Part shown: in pieces, positions 8,635 through 16,206 of the stretch
How positions within the stretch are numbered: the stretch's first letter is position 1
Layout of the letters: each line of letters begins with the position of its first letter
IMG/VR virus record: IMGVR_UViG_3300047319_000243
DNA length: 64,000 nt
Strand: one strand, 5' to 3'
Source: an uncultured virus (IMG/VR IMGVR_UViG_3300047319_000243)
Taxonomy: Duplodnaviria; Heunggongvirae; Uroviricota; Caudoviricetes
The notes under the pieces: model-generated
Told to the model about the DNA's origin: nothing
The model's database searches: none
What the model saw: the letters and a program-made list of their open reading frames with translations, nothing else
Position numbers and translations under genes: made by a program

Positions 8635-11538
8635 ATGAATACGCGTGATTTCCTGCAGCTGCTGACCCCCCGTTCGGGGGCGATCTTTATCGCCACGCCC
8701 AGTGCGCAAGGCGGTTGGGTCAACATCCCTCATCGGTCGCTGGATAAAGCCGTCGATCTCGTCAACCAGTTGACGTTCGAGAACCGGCCCGCGTATTTCT
8801 CGATGGCCGGGTACGACAAGGATAAATATTTCGACGACGCGGCGCAGAAGTGGCGGCGTCGCACGCAGGCCAACGCCCGCGCAATCCGGTCGTTCTTCCT
8901 CGATCTGGACGTGAAGCCGGGCGACCCGCTGTGCTTCGACTCCAAGGATCAGGCGTGCCAAAGCCTCAAGGCGTTTGTGAAGAAGGTCGGCCTGCCCCGG
9001 CCGCTCATCGTCGACTCCGGCGGCGGCATCCACGCGTACTGGCCGCTCGTGCAGGACGTGACCACCGCGGAGTGGAAGCCGATCGCTGAGCAGTTCAAGG
9101 CGATCTGCGTGCACGAGCAGTTCAATGCCGACCGTAGTCTCACCTCCGACGAGGCGCGCGTGCTGCGCGTGCTCGGCAGCTACAACGTCAAGCGCAGCGC
9201 GCCGGTCTCGTTGATGGTCCCGCCCCCGCCCCCGATCGCGTTCGAGGACTTCGCTCAGCGCATCACGGGATACGCGGGCCTCCACGGCGTCGCCACAACC
9301 GCAGGTAGGTCGAAGGTCGGCACCCTCGGTTCCGGCCCGGCTGTGGACGTGTGGGGGGCTGGCGACAACCTCGGCGCGACCAACGACCCGCTGAACTTCG
9401 ACCGCATCGTGTTCCACTGCCCTCAGCTGCAGGCGCAGGCCGGCGCGCGCGGGCGCGACTCCGGTGAACAGCTGTGGCGTGCTGGCCTCGGCATCGTCAA
9501 GTTCTGCGAACAGCAGGCGGCCGCCGCGCGCGTGATCTCCGATGGCCACCCTGACTTTGACGCACAACGCACTGCGCAGAAGATCATCAACTGGAACGCT
9601 GGGCCGACGAAGTGCACGCACTTCCACCAGCTGAATCCTTCCACGTGCGAGTCCTGCCCGCACTGGGGCAAGCTCACGTCGCCCGCGCAGCTGGGCCGCC
9701 AGATCATCGACACCCCTGCCCCGCCCATGCAGATCACGGTGCCGCCCGCGCCGGACGCGATCGACCAGACGCCTGTCACGATCACCCTCACCCGCCCGGA
9801 GTTCCCCACGGGCTACTCGCGGCGCGCCGATGGCGCGGTGGTGCGCGAGCACGAGGATCAGGACGGCAAGCCGACATTCGAGACCATCTGCCCGTACGAC
9901 CTTTACCCGCTCGCGATCCGCAGCCAGAACGGCACGGACACCGAGATCGACGAGCACAGCATGTGGCGTGCGCACCTGCCGCTCAAGCGCGGCGCAGGCA
10001 CGGAGCCGCGCGACTTCGCGGTGCCGCTCGGACTGTTGGCCGACCAGCGTGGATTGTCCAAGCTGTTGTTCAGCAAGGGCGTCGTGCTGTCGGGGGATCA
10101 ACCGAAGTTCACCCAACTCTATATGTCTGCCTACCTGCAAAAGCTGGCCAAGGAAGCCGGGCGCGATCAGCTGTACGAGCGCCTTGGCTGGCATGATGGT
10201 CACGAGACGTTCGTGCTCGGCGACCGTGTGATCCACCGCGACGGCACCAGCACGCCGCACACCGCGAGCGACGCGATCCGCGCGACCACCAAGAACGGCC
10301 TCAAGACGGCGGGCACGCTCGCCGGCTGGCAGCAGGCCATGCAGTTCTTCAACCGGCCCGGCTACGAGGGGCATCGCTTCTTCCTCTATGCCTCGTTCGG
10401 CTCGCCGCTTTTCCACATGAACGACACCGGCAACAAGGGCGCGATGCTCGCGGCCGGCGGCGCATCCGGGCGCGGCAAGACGACTTGCCTGAAAGCCTGC
10501 TCGTCCGTGTGGGGTTCGCCCGAGGCGCTGGTGGTCAACGGCAACCGCGAAGGCGCAACCACCAACGCGCTGTACAGCACGCTCGGCACGGTGCATTCCC
10601 TGCCCTTCCTGCTCGACGACATCACCGAGCGCGACAGTGACGAACTGCGCCGCCTTGCACTGAATATCAGCCAAGGCGAAGGCAAGCGCCGCATGCAGGC
10701 CGATGGCACGATGGTGGGCCGTCTGGACACGTGGGCGAACCTCACGCTGACCTCCACGAACGCCGACACGCTTACGTCGCTCATGTCCACCGGCAAGGAC
10801 GTGGACCCCCACCTCATGCGGGTGGTGAGCGTGGAATTCGCGCTCGTCGATGCGCGCGCCGACGCGAAGATCGAAGCCGACCGTTTCATCCGCGCCATGG
10901 GGCAGAATTATGGCCACGCGGGCGCGCTCTTTATGCGCTATATTGCTCAGCACTACGAACAAGTGCGCAAGCTCTACATTCGCAACGTCGAGAAGGTCGA
11001 CCGCCTGTTGGCTTCGCGCAACGCCTCGGCCGAGCGCTACTGGTCCGCAGTCGTCGCCGCCGCGTACACCGCCGCGCAGATCGCCAGCAAGGCCGGCATT
11101 CTCGACTTCCCGTTCGAGGACGACCTGAAGTGGATGATCGCGCTGCTCACGCGCCAACGCGAATCGATTCGTGAGGCTGGCTCGACGCCGGTCGAACTGC
11201 TGACCCAGTTCCTCGACGGCCACGTGCGCAACACGCTGGCGCTGTCGCCCAAGGGCGCAACGAATCTGGACAACATCGTGATCAAGCCGTTCGACGAGTT
11301 GATGATCCGGCACGAACTGGACACCGACACGATCTACGTCTCGCGCACGGCGGTCATGGCGTACTGCGCGGAGCACCGCACGAGCTTCCGCGTGTTCGAG
11401 GCGAATCTGGAGCGCGACGGCGTGCTGGCCAAGCGCAATGCACAAAAGGTTCTCGGTGCCGACACCGTGTATTCGAAAGGGCAAACGCGTTGCTGGATGA
11501 TCAGCGGCGCGACCCTGCGTTCAACGACTGGAATTTGA
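8635..11538 (+). CDS. Primase-helicase (primase N-terminus, DUF927 domain, P-loop helicase)
   Basis: FFLDLD, SGGGIHAYW primase motifs; LGWHDG; GASGRGKT Walker A; LLDD Walker B. Confidence 0.9.
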   Translation: MNTRDFLQLLTPRSGAIFIATPSAQGGWVNIPHRSLDKAVDLVNQLTFENRPAYFSMAGYDKDKYFDDAAQKWRRRTQANARAIRSFFLDLDVKPGDPLCFDSKDQACQSLKAFVKKVGLPRPLIVDSGGGIHAYWPLVQDVTTAEWKPIAEQFKAICVHEQFNADRSLTSDEARVLRVLGSYNVKRSAPVSLMVPPPPPIAFEDFAQRITGYAGLHGVATTAGRSKVGTLGSGPAVDVWGAGDNLGATNDPLNFDRIVFHCPQLQAQAGARGRDSGEQLWRAGLGIVKFCEQQAAAARVISDGHPDFDAQRTAQKIINWNAGPTKCTHFHQLNPSTCESCPHWGKLTSPAQLGRQIIDTPAPPMQITVPPAPDAIDQTPVTITLTRPEFPTGYSRRADGAVVREHEDQDGKPTFETICPYDLYPLAIRSQNGTDTEIDEHSMWRAHLPLKRGAGTEPRDFAVPLGLLADQRGLSKLLFSKGVVLSGDQPKFTQLYMSAYLQKLAKEAGRDQLYERLGWHDGHETFVLGDRVIHRDGTSTPHTASDAIRATTKNGLKTAGTLAGWQQAMQFFNRPGYEGHRFFLYASFGSPLFHMNDTGNKGAMLAAGGASGRGKTTCLKACSSVWGSPEALVVNGNREGATTNALYSTLGTVHSLPFLLDDITERDSDELRRLALNISQGEGKRRMQADGTMVGRLDTWANLTLTSTNADTLTSLMSTGKDVDPHLMRVVSVEFALVDARADAKIEADRFIRAMGQNYGHAGALFMRYIAQHYEQVRKLYIRNVEKVDRLLASRNASAERYWSAVVAAAYTAAQIASKAGILDFPFEDDLKWMIALLTRQRESIREAGSTPVELLTQFLDGHVRNTLALSPKGATNLDNIVIKPFDELMIRHELDTDTIYVSRTAVMAYCAEHRTSFRVFEANLERDGVLAKRNAQKVLGADTVYSKGQTRCWMISGATLRSTTGI

Positions 11539-11539
11539 C

Positions 11540-11812
11540 ATGGACATTAACGCCACCCTCGCCGAGCGCGGCGCGCGCTACGGTGACTTCGCAACCCACG
11601 CGGCGATCTGCCAGCGGATCAAGGAGTCCATGTGGAGGAACCCCGGCTGGTCGCGGCTCGCGCCCGACCAAGCGCAGGCGCTTGAGACCATCGCCGACAA
11701 GATCGCGCGCATGCTCAACGGCGACCCCAACTATCACGACAATTGGCACGACATCGTTGGCTACGCCAAGCTCGTCGCCGATCGGCTCGCCACCCGCGCC
11801 GACCCGTCATAA
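11540..11812 (+). CDS. DUF6378-like phage protein
   Basis: LAERGARYGDF...KIARMLNGDP...DNWHDIVGYA. Confidence 0.8.
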   Translation: MDINATLAERGARYGDFATHAAICQRIKESMWRNPGWSRLAPDQAQALETIADKIARMLNGDPNYHDNWHDIVGYAKLVADRLATRADPS

Positions 11813-11860
11813 CGAAATCCTCCTGAGTTGACGACAGCGGCGCTCAACGCGGCGGTGAAC

Positions 11861-11952
11861 CCCCGGCAACCGCGCCCAAAGCCTTGCTGCATATCGTGAG
11901 CGCCCTACCGGCTTCGGCCGGTAGTGTTATGCGATAAGCGAGGCGGCCGGGG
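11861..11952 (+). ncRNA. Candidate structured RNA: nested long hairpin capped by cUUCGg
   Basis: CCCCGGC/GCCGGGG, GCCTTGCT/AGCGAGGC, GCATA/TATGC and CTACCGGC-TTCG-GCCGGTAG pair in nested order. Confidence 0.4.
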
Positions 11953-11973
11953 AACCTTCCTTACATTCCTCCT

Positions 11974-12000
11974 GCTGTACGTACGTACAGCCGTACGTAC
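11974..12000. promoter_or_regulatory. GTAC-repeat palindrome upstream of parA (candidate centromere/operator)
   Basis: Perfect 18-bp palindrome GCTGTACGTACGTACAGC followed by CGTACGTAC. Confidence 0.45.
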
Positions 12001-12086
12001 AAGTTGCGTGCGGTCCCACACGTAAGACACCTTGTAACTATTCCCTACTGTAACTATGCTGGAGGCTCCTACTTGGAGACTACAAC

Positions 12087-12740
12087 ATGGTTATAACGAT
12101 TGCCAACCCGAAGGGTGGCGTGGGGAAAAGCGTGCTGGCTACGAACATCGCCGCAATAGCCGCCGCCCGTGGGCATAGCGTGACGTTCTTCGATACGGAC
12201 GTTCAGCGGAGTGGCGGCAAGTGGTGCGATCAGCGCAGAAACCTCGGCATCCGACCGCGCATCGACCTGCTCATCCCGAAAGACGACCTGTTCGACGAGT
12301 TGCAGGCGGCATCGCAGAGCAGCGATGTGGTCGTCGTGGACGTCAAGGGTACGGGCGGCCCTGCGCTGACTATTGCGGCTGGTTTGGCGGACCTCGTGGT
12401 GGTCCCGGTGATTCCCGGACAGTTCGAGGTATGGGCGCTCGACGACGCGGCCGACCTGATAGAGAGCCTGCGTGCCACGGGCGCGGGCTTCCGGTGCCGT
12501 GCCGTGATCAACAACGCGCCGACCACGCGTAACAGCCGCGACGTGCGCACCGTTACGGCCGCGCTGAAGGCGTACAAGCATTTCTTCGAGCCGTGCGACA
12601 CGGTGATCTTCGGGCGGCAGGTATTCAAGGACGCGTTGAGCGTCGGCCTGTCGGTGATCGAAATGGATGGCGGCGCACGCGACGTGAAGGCCACCGAGAA
12701 CATCAATACGTTTTTCAACGAGGCAATCAGCAATGGCTAA
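12087..12740 (+). CDS. parA: ParA partition ATPase (short, type Ib-like)
   Basis: Deviant Walker A KGGVGKS, DTDVQRS, VVVD, ADLVVVP. Confidence 0.93.
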   Translation: MVITIANPKGGVGKSVLATNIAAIAAARGHSVTFFDTDVQRSGGKWCDQRRNLGIRPRIDLLIPKDDLFDELQAASQSSDVVVVDVKGTGGPALTIAAGLADLVVVPVIPGQFEVWALDDAADLIESLRATGAGFRCRAVINNAPTTRNSRDVRTVTAALKAYKHFFEPCDTVIFGRQVFKDALSVGLSVIEMDGGARDVKATENINTFFNEAISNG

Positions 12741-13119
12741 GACACCCACACCCGGCATCCAACTCGGCGCGCGCGCCGCGCAACCGCCCGTCGACCGAGA
12801 CAAGCTGCTGGCCGCCGCACACAACGCCGAGCAGCCCAGTGTGGTGCCCGCGCCGCAACCCGTTCGACTGACAACCCCGCCGCCGGCCGAGCGCGCCGCG
12901 GAGCCGAAGGGGCGGACGATCGTATCGGTCGACGACTTGAGGGGCTTCGTGAAGAAGCGCGAGCCGCGCGTACCCATGACGATCCGCGTGCCGGTCAGCC
13001 TGTTCGACGATCTCCAGATGATCCAAAAGTTCGGGGGAAAGACGATGACCGACGTGCTGGTGGAGTCCGCCGCGCCTGTCGTTGCCGAACTCATGAAACG
13101 GATTGGGCAGAAAACATGA
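12733..13119 (+). CDS. Putative centromere-binding partner of ParA (C-terminal ribbon-helix-helix-like)
   Basis: Overlaps the parA stop; disordered N-terminus; PMTIRVPVSLFDDLQ...TMTDVL RHH-like pattern. Confidence 0.7.
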   Translation: MAKTPTPGIQLGARAAQPPVDRDKLLAAAHNAEQPSVVPAPQPVRLTTPPPAERAAEPKGRTIVSVDDLRGFVKKREPRVPMTIRVPVSLFDDLQMIQKFGGKTMTDVLVESAAPVVAELMKRIGQKT

Positions 13120-13709
13120 CCGAAGCCGAGACCACCGAGAAGGATGAGCTAGACGCCGACCTGCGCTGGCTCCACGTGTTCCACTCCATGATCGCCACGG
13201 GGGCACTGGCGAAAATGACGCCGTACGGGCTGGCGGTGTACATCGTGGTCAAGTACCACATCAACATCGCGGATGACCCCGACAAGTTCCCGACGATCGA
13301 TGTGATCGCCAAGGGCGCAGGTATGAGCGAGCGGAAGGTGAAAGACATGCTCAATCACCTAGAGTCGATGGGGTATCTCAAGCGAGCGCGGACGCAGGGC
13401 GGCAAACCGAACACGTACCAGCTGACGGAGCACGTACCGATAATGAAAAACGGGGAACCATACGCCAAGGCCGATTTCTCCCACCTGCCGTTCGAATGGC
13501 AAAAGCCGGTGGATGAACTGAAGGCGCTGCTTAAAAGCGGCGACCTCGACGGCAAACACATCCATCTGCACATTACGTTCAACCAGTTCAACGACCAGTC
13601 CACGCAGAACAACGCCGAAATGATCTTCAACGCGTTGAAAGACCCACAGCTGGCCGAGGCGATGCGCAAGCTGATCGAGAACCGCTCAGCGAAAGTCGCG
13701 GGCCTGTGA
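13116..13709 (+). CDS. Winged-HTH plasmid-type replication initiator (putative)
   Basis: LAVYIVVK...FPTIDVIAKGAGMSERKV...LESMGYL...NTY (HTH_36-like); followed directly by origin-like DNA. Confidence 0.7.
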   Translation: MTEAETTEKDELDADLRWLHVFHSMIATGALAKMTPYGLAVYIVVKYHINIADDPDKFPTIDVIAKGAGMSERKVKDMLNHLESMGYLKRARTQGGKPNTYQLTEHVPIMKNGEPYAKADFSHLPFEWQKPVDELKALLKSGDLDGKHIHLHITFNQFNDQSTQNNAEMIFNALKDPQLAEAMRKLIENRSAKVAGL

Positions 13710-13880
13710 ATAACTTTATCCACAGTCTATTCGTATGAGTGCACAAAATGCCCCTACCCCTATTCTTCATAGGGCATATTGTGCACCCTGCGGAGGGGGG
13801 TAAGGTGCGTTTTGTGCACTTACGAAGCCCCCTCTATATATAGGTTTACACTCTTTTTATACTTACAAGCTTTAAAGGGA
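13705..13880. other. Putative plasmid replication origin
   Basis: Inverted DnaA boxes TGTGAATAA (13705-13713) and TTATCCACA (13716-13724); three GTGCACAAWAYGC repeats (one forward, two reverse, about 13739-13820); AT-rich tract about 13833-13880. Confidence 0.7.
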
Positions 13881-13925
13881 AAATCGGTTGTAGAATTCCT
13901 TCCGACCAAAACAGACCGATCGGTA

Positions 13926-14159
13926 ATGATTCTCTACGGGCAGGGCTATCGTCTGCGATTCATCGATAGGATGCTGCACCACTATGGCTGGATCAGGCGC
14001 ATGGTGGTCATGGATTACTTCGGCCTGTCGCAGCCGCAGGCCAGCGTCGATCTGCAGGCGTACATCAAGCTCGCACCCCACAACGTCGTGTACAACAAGA
14101 CGACGAAGCAGTACGAGTCCACGCCCGAGTTCGAACGCATCTTCAGCGATCTGCCATGA
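13926..14159 (+). CDS. Stand-alone CapW/BrxR-like N-terminal winged-HTH protein (no WYL domain)
   Basis: RLRFID..L..YG.I.R...MDYFGLSQPQASVDLQAY...APHNVVYNKTTKQY....F pattern; start moved to ATG 13926. Confidence 0.75.
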   Translation: MILYGQGYRLRFIDRMLHHYGWIRRMVVMDYFGLSQPQASVDLQAYIKLAPHNVVYNKTTKQYESTPEFERIFSDLP

Positions 14160-14386
14160 TCTGGCCATTCTGGAAGCTGTGCACGTTAATCGTCGTCGGC
14201 GAAACCCTCGCGATCGGGGTGAACGTCTGGACGCTGTGCGACCACTGGAATGATCCATGGTGGTCGTTCGTGCCGAGGGCGATCAACCTCGCCTTGCTCT
14301 GCGGTGCGGCTACGATGGCTGGCTTGATGCTCGGGCGCGCTTACCGGATGGACAGGGAGCACAAGCTACCGAAGAAGAACCAATGA
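14156..14386 (+). CDS. Small membrane protein, two hydrophobic segments
   Basis: ATGA coupling with the upstream gene; hydrophobic stretches. Confidence 0.65.
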   Translation: MIWPFWKLCTLIVVGETLAIGVNVWTLCDHWNDPWWSFVPRAINLALLCGAATMAGLMLGRAYRMDREHKLPKKNQ

Positions 14387-15018
14387 AGAAGCACTATCCG
14401 GTGACGCCCGGTGGCACGATCGTCACGTGGCTGGCCAGCGACACGGCCGATGAGGCATGGGCGAAGCTGTTGGCGGATGCGAGCCACATGCCCTACAAGA
14501 CGAAGGCTGAATTCAAGCTGCGCGGCTACAGCGTGAAGCAGATGGACGCCGCACTCGCCACGGACAAGCCGCCGATGAACTACAAGTTTTCGGATGAACT
14601 ACAAGTTTTCGAACAGCCGATGAGCGCGCTACTAATCGGCCCCCACGAGCGCAAGCAGATCGCGCAGCTGGTCGCGGCGGCGCAAGAGAAACCGGTGAAC
14701 ATGGTCGGCATCACGGAGCGGCTGAAGCTGCCCAAACTGAAGGCCGCGCACATGACGCAGATGACGGCGCAGACAATCGACATCCCCGCCGGCTTCATGG
14801 TGACGTTCAGTTTTGAGACTGGCCACCCGTGCGGGCTATGCCGGCACCTGAGTATCAGCCGCAGCAACAACCGGCTCCCGCATCCGCAGGCAGCATTCAT
14901 GATCGCCCAAGAGTTCGGCTTTTGGGGCGATGACCTCACCTCGCTCGATGGCGTATGGGTCGAGAACTTGAAGGGCCACGGCGATGCGGTCAACCTCGTG
15001 CAGCGCGTGGCCCACTGA
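14383..15018 (+). CDS. Hypothetical protein
   Basis: ATGA-coupled start (MKKHYP); C-terminal RHLSIS...RLP motif. Confidence 0.7.
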   Translation: MKKHYPVTPGGTIVTWLASDTADEAWAKLLADASHMPYKTKAEFKLRGYSVKQMDAALATDKPPMNYKFSDELQVFEQPMSALLIGPHERKQIAQLVAAAQEKPVNMVGITERLKLPKLKAAHMTQMTAQTIDIPAGFMVTFSFETGHPCGLCRHLSISRSNNRLPHPQAAFMIAQEFGFWGDDLTSLDGVWVENLKGHGDAVNLVQRVAH

Positions 15019-15019
15019 C

Positions 15020-15442
15020 TTACTTCGTGAGACCCTTTTTCTTTTCCCAGCTGCGCGACAACGTGTAGCCGCAGTACGCCGTGCCGAAGGTGCCCCACAT
15101 GGCGTCAGGGATCGCAGCAAGCCACGCCTTCATGCCGTTGGCGATCGCGAGGCCGGCGGCCGGCGAGACAGCCGAGCAGATGCCCATGGGCACCGCGCAG
15201 AGGATCAGGATGTACATGACGTACATGAACGACGGCCGGGCGCGTGAAGTCCACGGGTCCGACGACTGAGCCTCGGCGAGCATCACGCTCATGTTCTGCT
15301 TCAACTCAGCGAGCGCGGCATCGGCCTGCGCCTTCATGAGCGTGGCCTCGGCCGTGGCCTTCGCCTGCGGGTCCGGCCAAATCTTGTTCATCCCATCGTC
15401 GAGCAGCTTGGCCACGCCCGAGATCGCGTCGTCGATGATCAC
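15020..15442 (-). CDS. Holin-like protein (GTA 3TM-holin family)
   Basis: AEAQS.DPWTSRARP..MY, TM segments, RSWEK; adjacent to the endolysin. Confidence 0.8.
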   Translation of the reverse strand: MIIDDAISGVAKLLDDGMNKIWPDPQAKATAEATLMKAQADAALAELKQNMSVMLAEAQSSDPWTSRARPSFMYVMYILILCAVPMGICSAVSPAAGLAIANGMKAWLAAIPDAMWGTFGTAYCGYTLSRSWEKKKGLTK

Positions 15443-15951
15443 GACAGCCTCCCACCAGCAGCGATAAACACGTTGGTCAATGCCTGCATCGTGGCTTGAC
15501 GCTGGCCGTAGTTATTGCCCGGCAGCGAGGCCCAAATGTTCGAGCAGCGCGCGACGGCGTTGCCGAGGTTGCCCGCGATGATGTCGGGGATCGCGCCGCG
15601 TTCCTTGATCAGCTGCAGGCACCAGCGATCTTGCGCGCCCGGCCCGAAGTCGGGGAGGTGCAGCAGATCGCGGTAGTGCGCCCAGTCCTTCAGCATGAAC
15701 TGATACCTGCCGCTGGCGTTCGACGTGAGGCCCTTGCTGTTGACCACGATCGACGGACGGCCGCCCGCGAACGGGTGCTGCGCGTAGTCGTCGAAACGGT
15801 GCTTGCCGTCGACGCCGGAGACGATCACATCGTAGCCGTTGTTCTTCGTGATGGGACTCGACGAAGTGCCCTCAGCTGCAGCACTCGCCAACATGTCCAT
15901 GAACGCGCAAATGTTCTGACCACCCAAGGCGGTCGCCGACATAACAGGCAT
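15439..15951 (-). CDS. Endolysin, lambda-R-like lytic transglycosylase
   Basis: EGT...GYDVIV...ASGRYQF...DFGPGAQD...WASLPG.NYGQ. Confidence 0.92.
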   Translation of the reverse strand: MPVMSATALGGQNICAFMDMLASAAAEGTSSSPITKNNGYDVIVSGVDGKHRFDDYAQHPFAGGRPSIVVNSKGLTSNASGRYQFMLKDWAHYRDLLHLPDFGPGAQDRWCLQLIKERGAIPDIIAGNLGNAVARCSNIWASLPGNNYGQRQATMQALTNVFIAAGGRLS

Positions 15952-15952
15952 G

Positions 15953-16192
15953 TCAACCCTCGTTCTTCTCGCCGCGCTTGCGCGTGGCCTGATTCCATAC
16001 CAGAAATGTGATCTGCAGCGTCGTATAGACGACCGTCAGCACGATGGCCAGATGGCCCCAATCGATCACCCCGAGCTTCATAGTGGCTGTCACGAATACC
16101 GGTGGTGTCGCTTTCACTGCGCTGGCCACGGCATCGCTGGTCATGAGCGCACCGATCATGCGACCTCTCTTTTCGTTAGGATTCCACATCAT
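15953..16192 (-). CDS. Putative holin
   Basis: Small, TM segment and basic C-terminus; directly upstream of the endolysin. Confidence 0.6.
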   Translation of the reverse strand: MMWNPNEKRGRMIGALMTSDAVASAVKATPPVFVTATMKLGVIDWGHLAIVLTVVYTTLQITFLVWNQATRKRGEKNEG

Positions 16193-16206
16193 TTCTTATG
16201 TCCTGA

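Noticed and set aside
8578..11484. 968-aa minus-strand ORF and similar long antisense ORFs (4315-5841, 22434-25535, 58825-61389, 61631-63487)
   Set aside because: Shadow frames of GC-rich genes on the opposite strand, with no motifs or RBS.
13779..13925. N-terminal extension of the 126-aa ORF
   Set aside because: It runs through origin-like DNA; similarity starts at ATG 13926.
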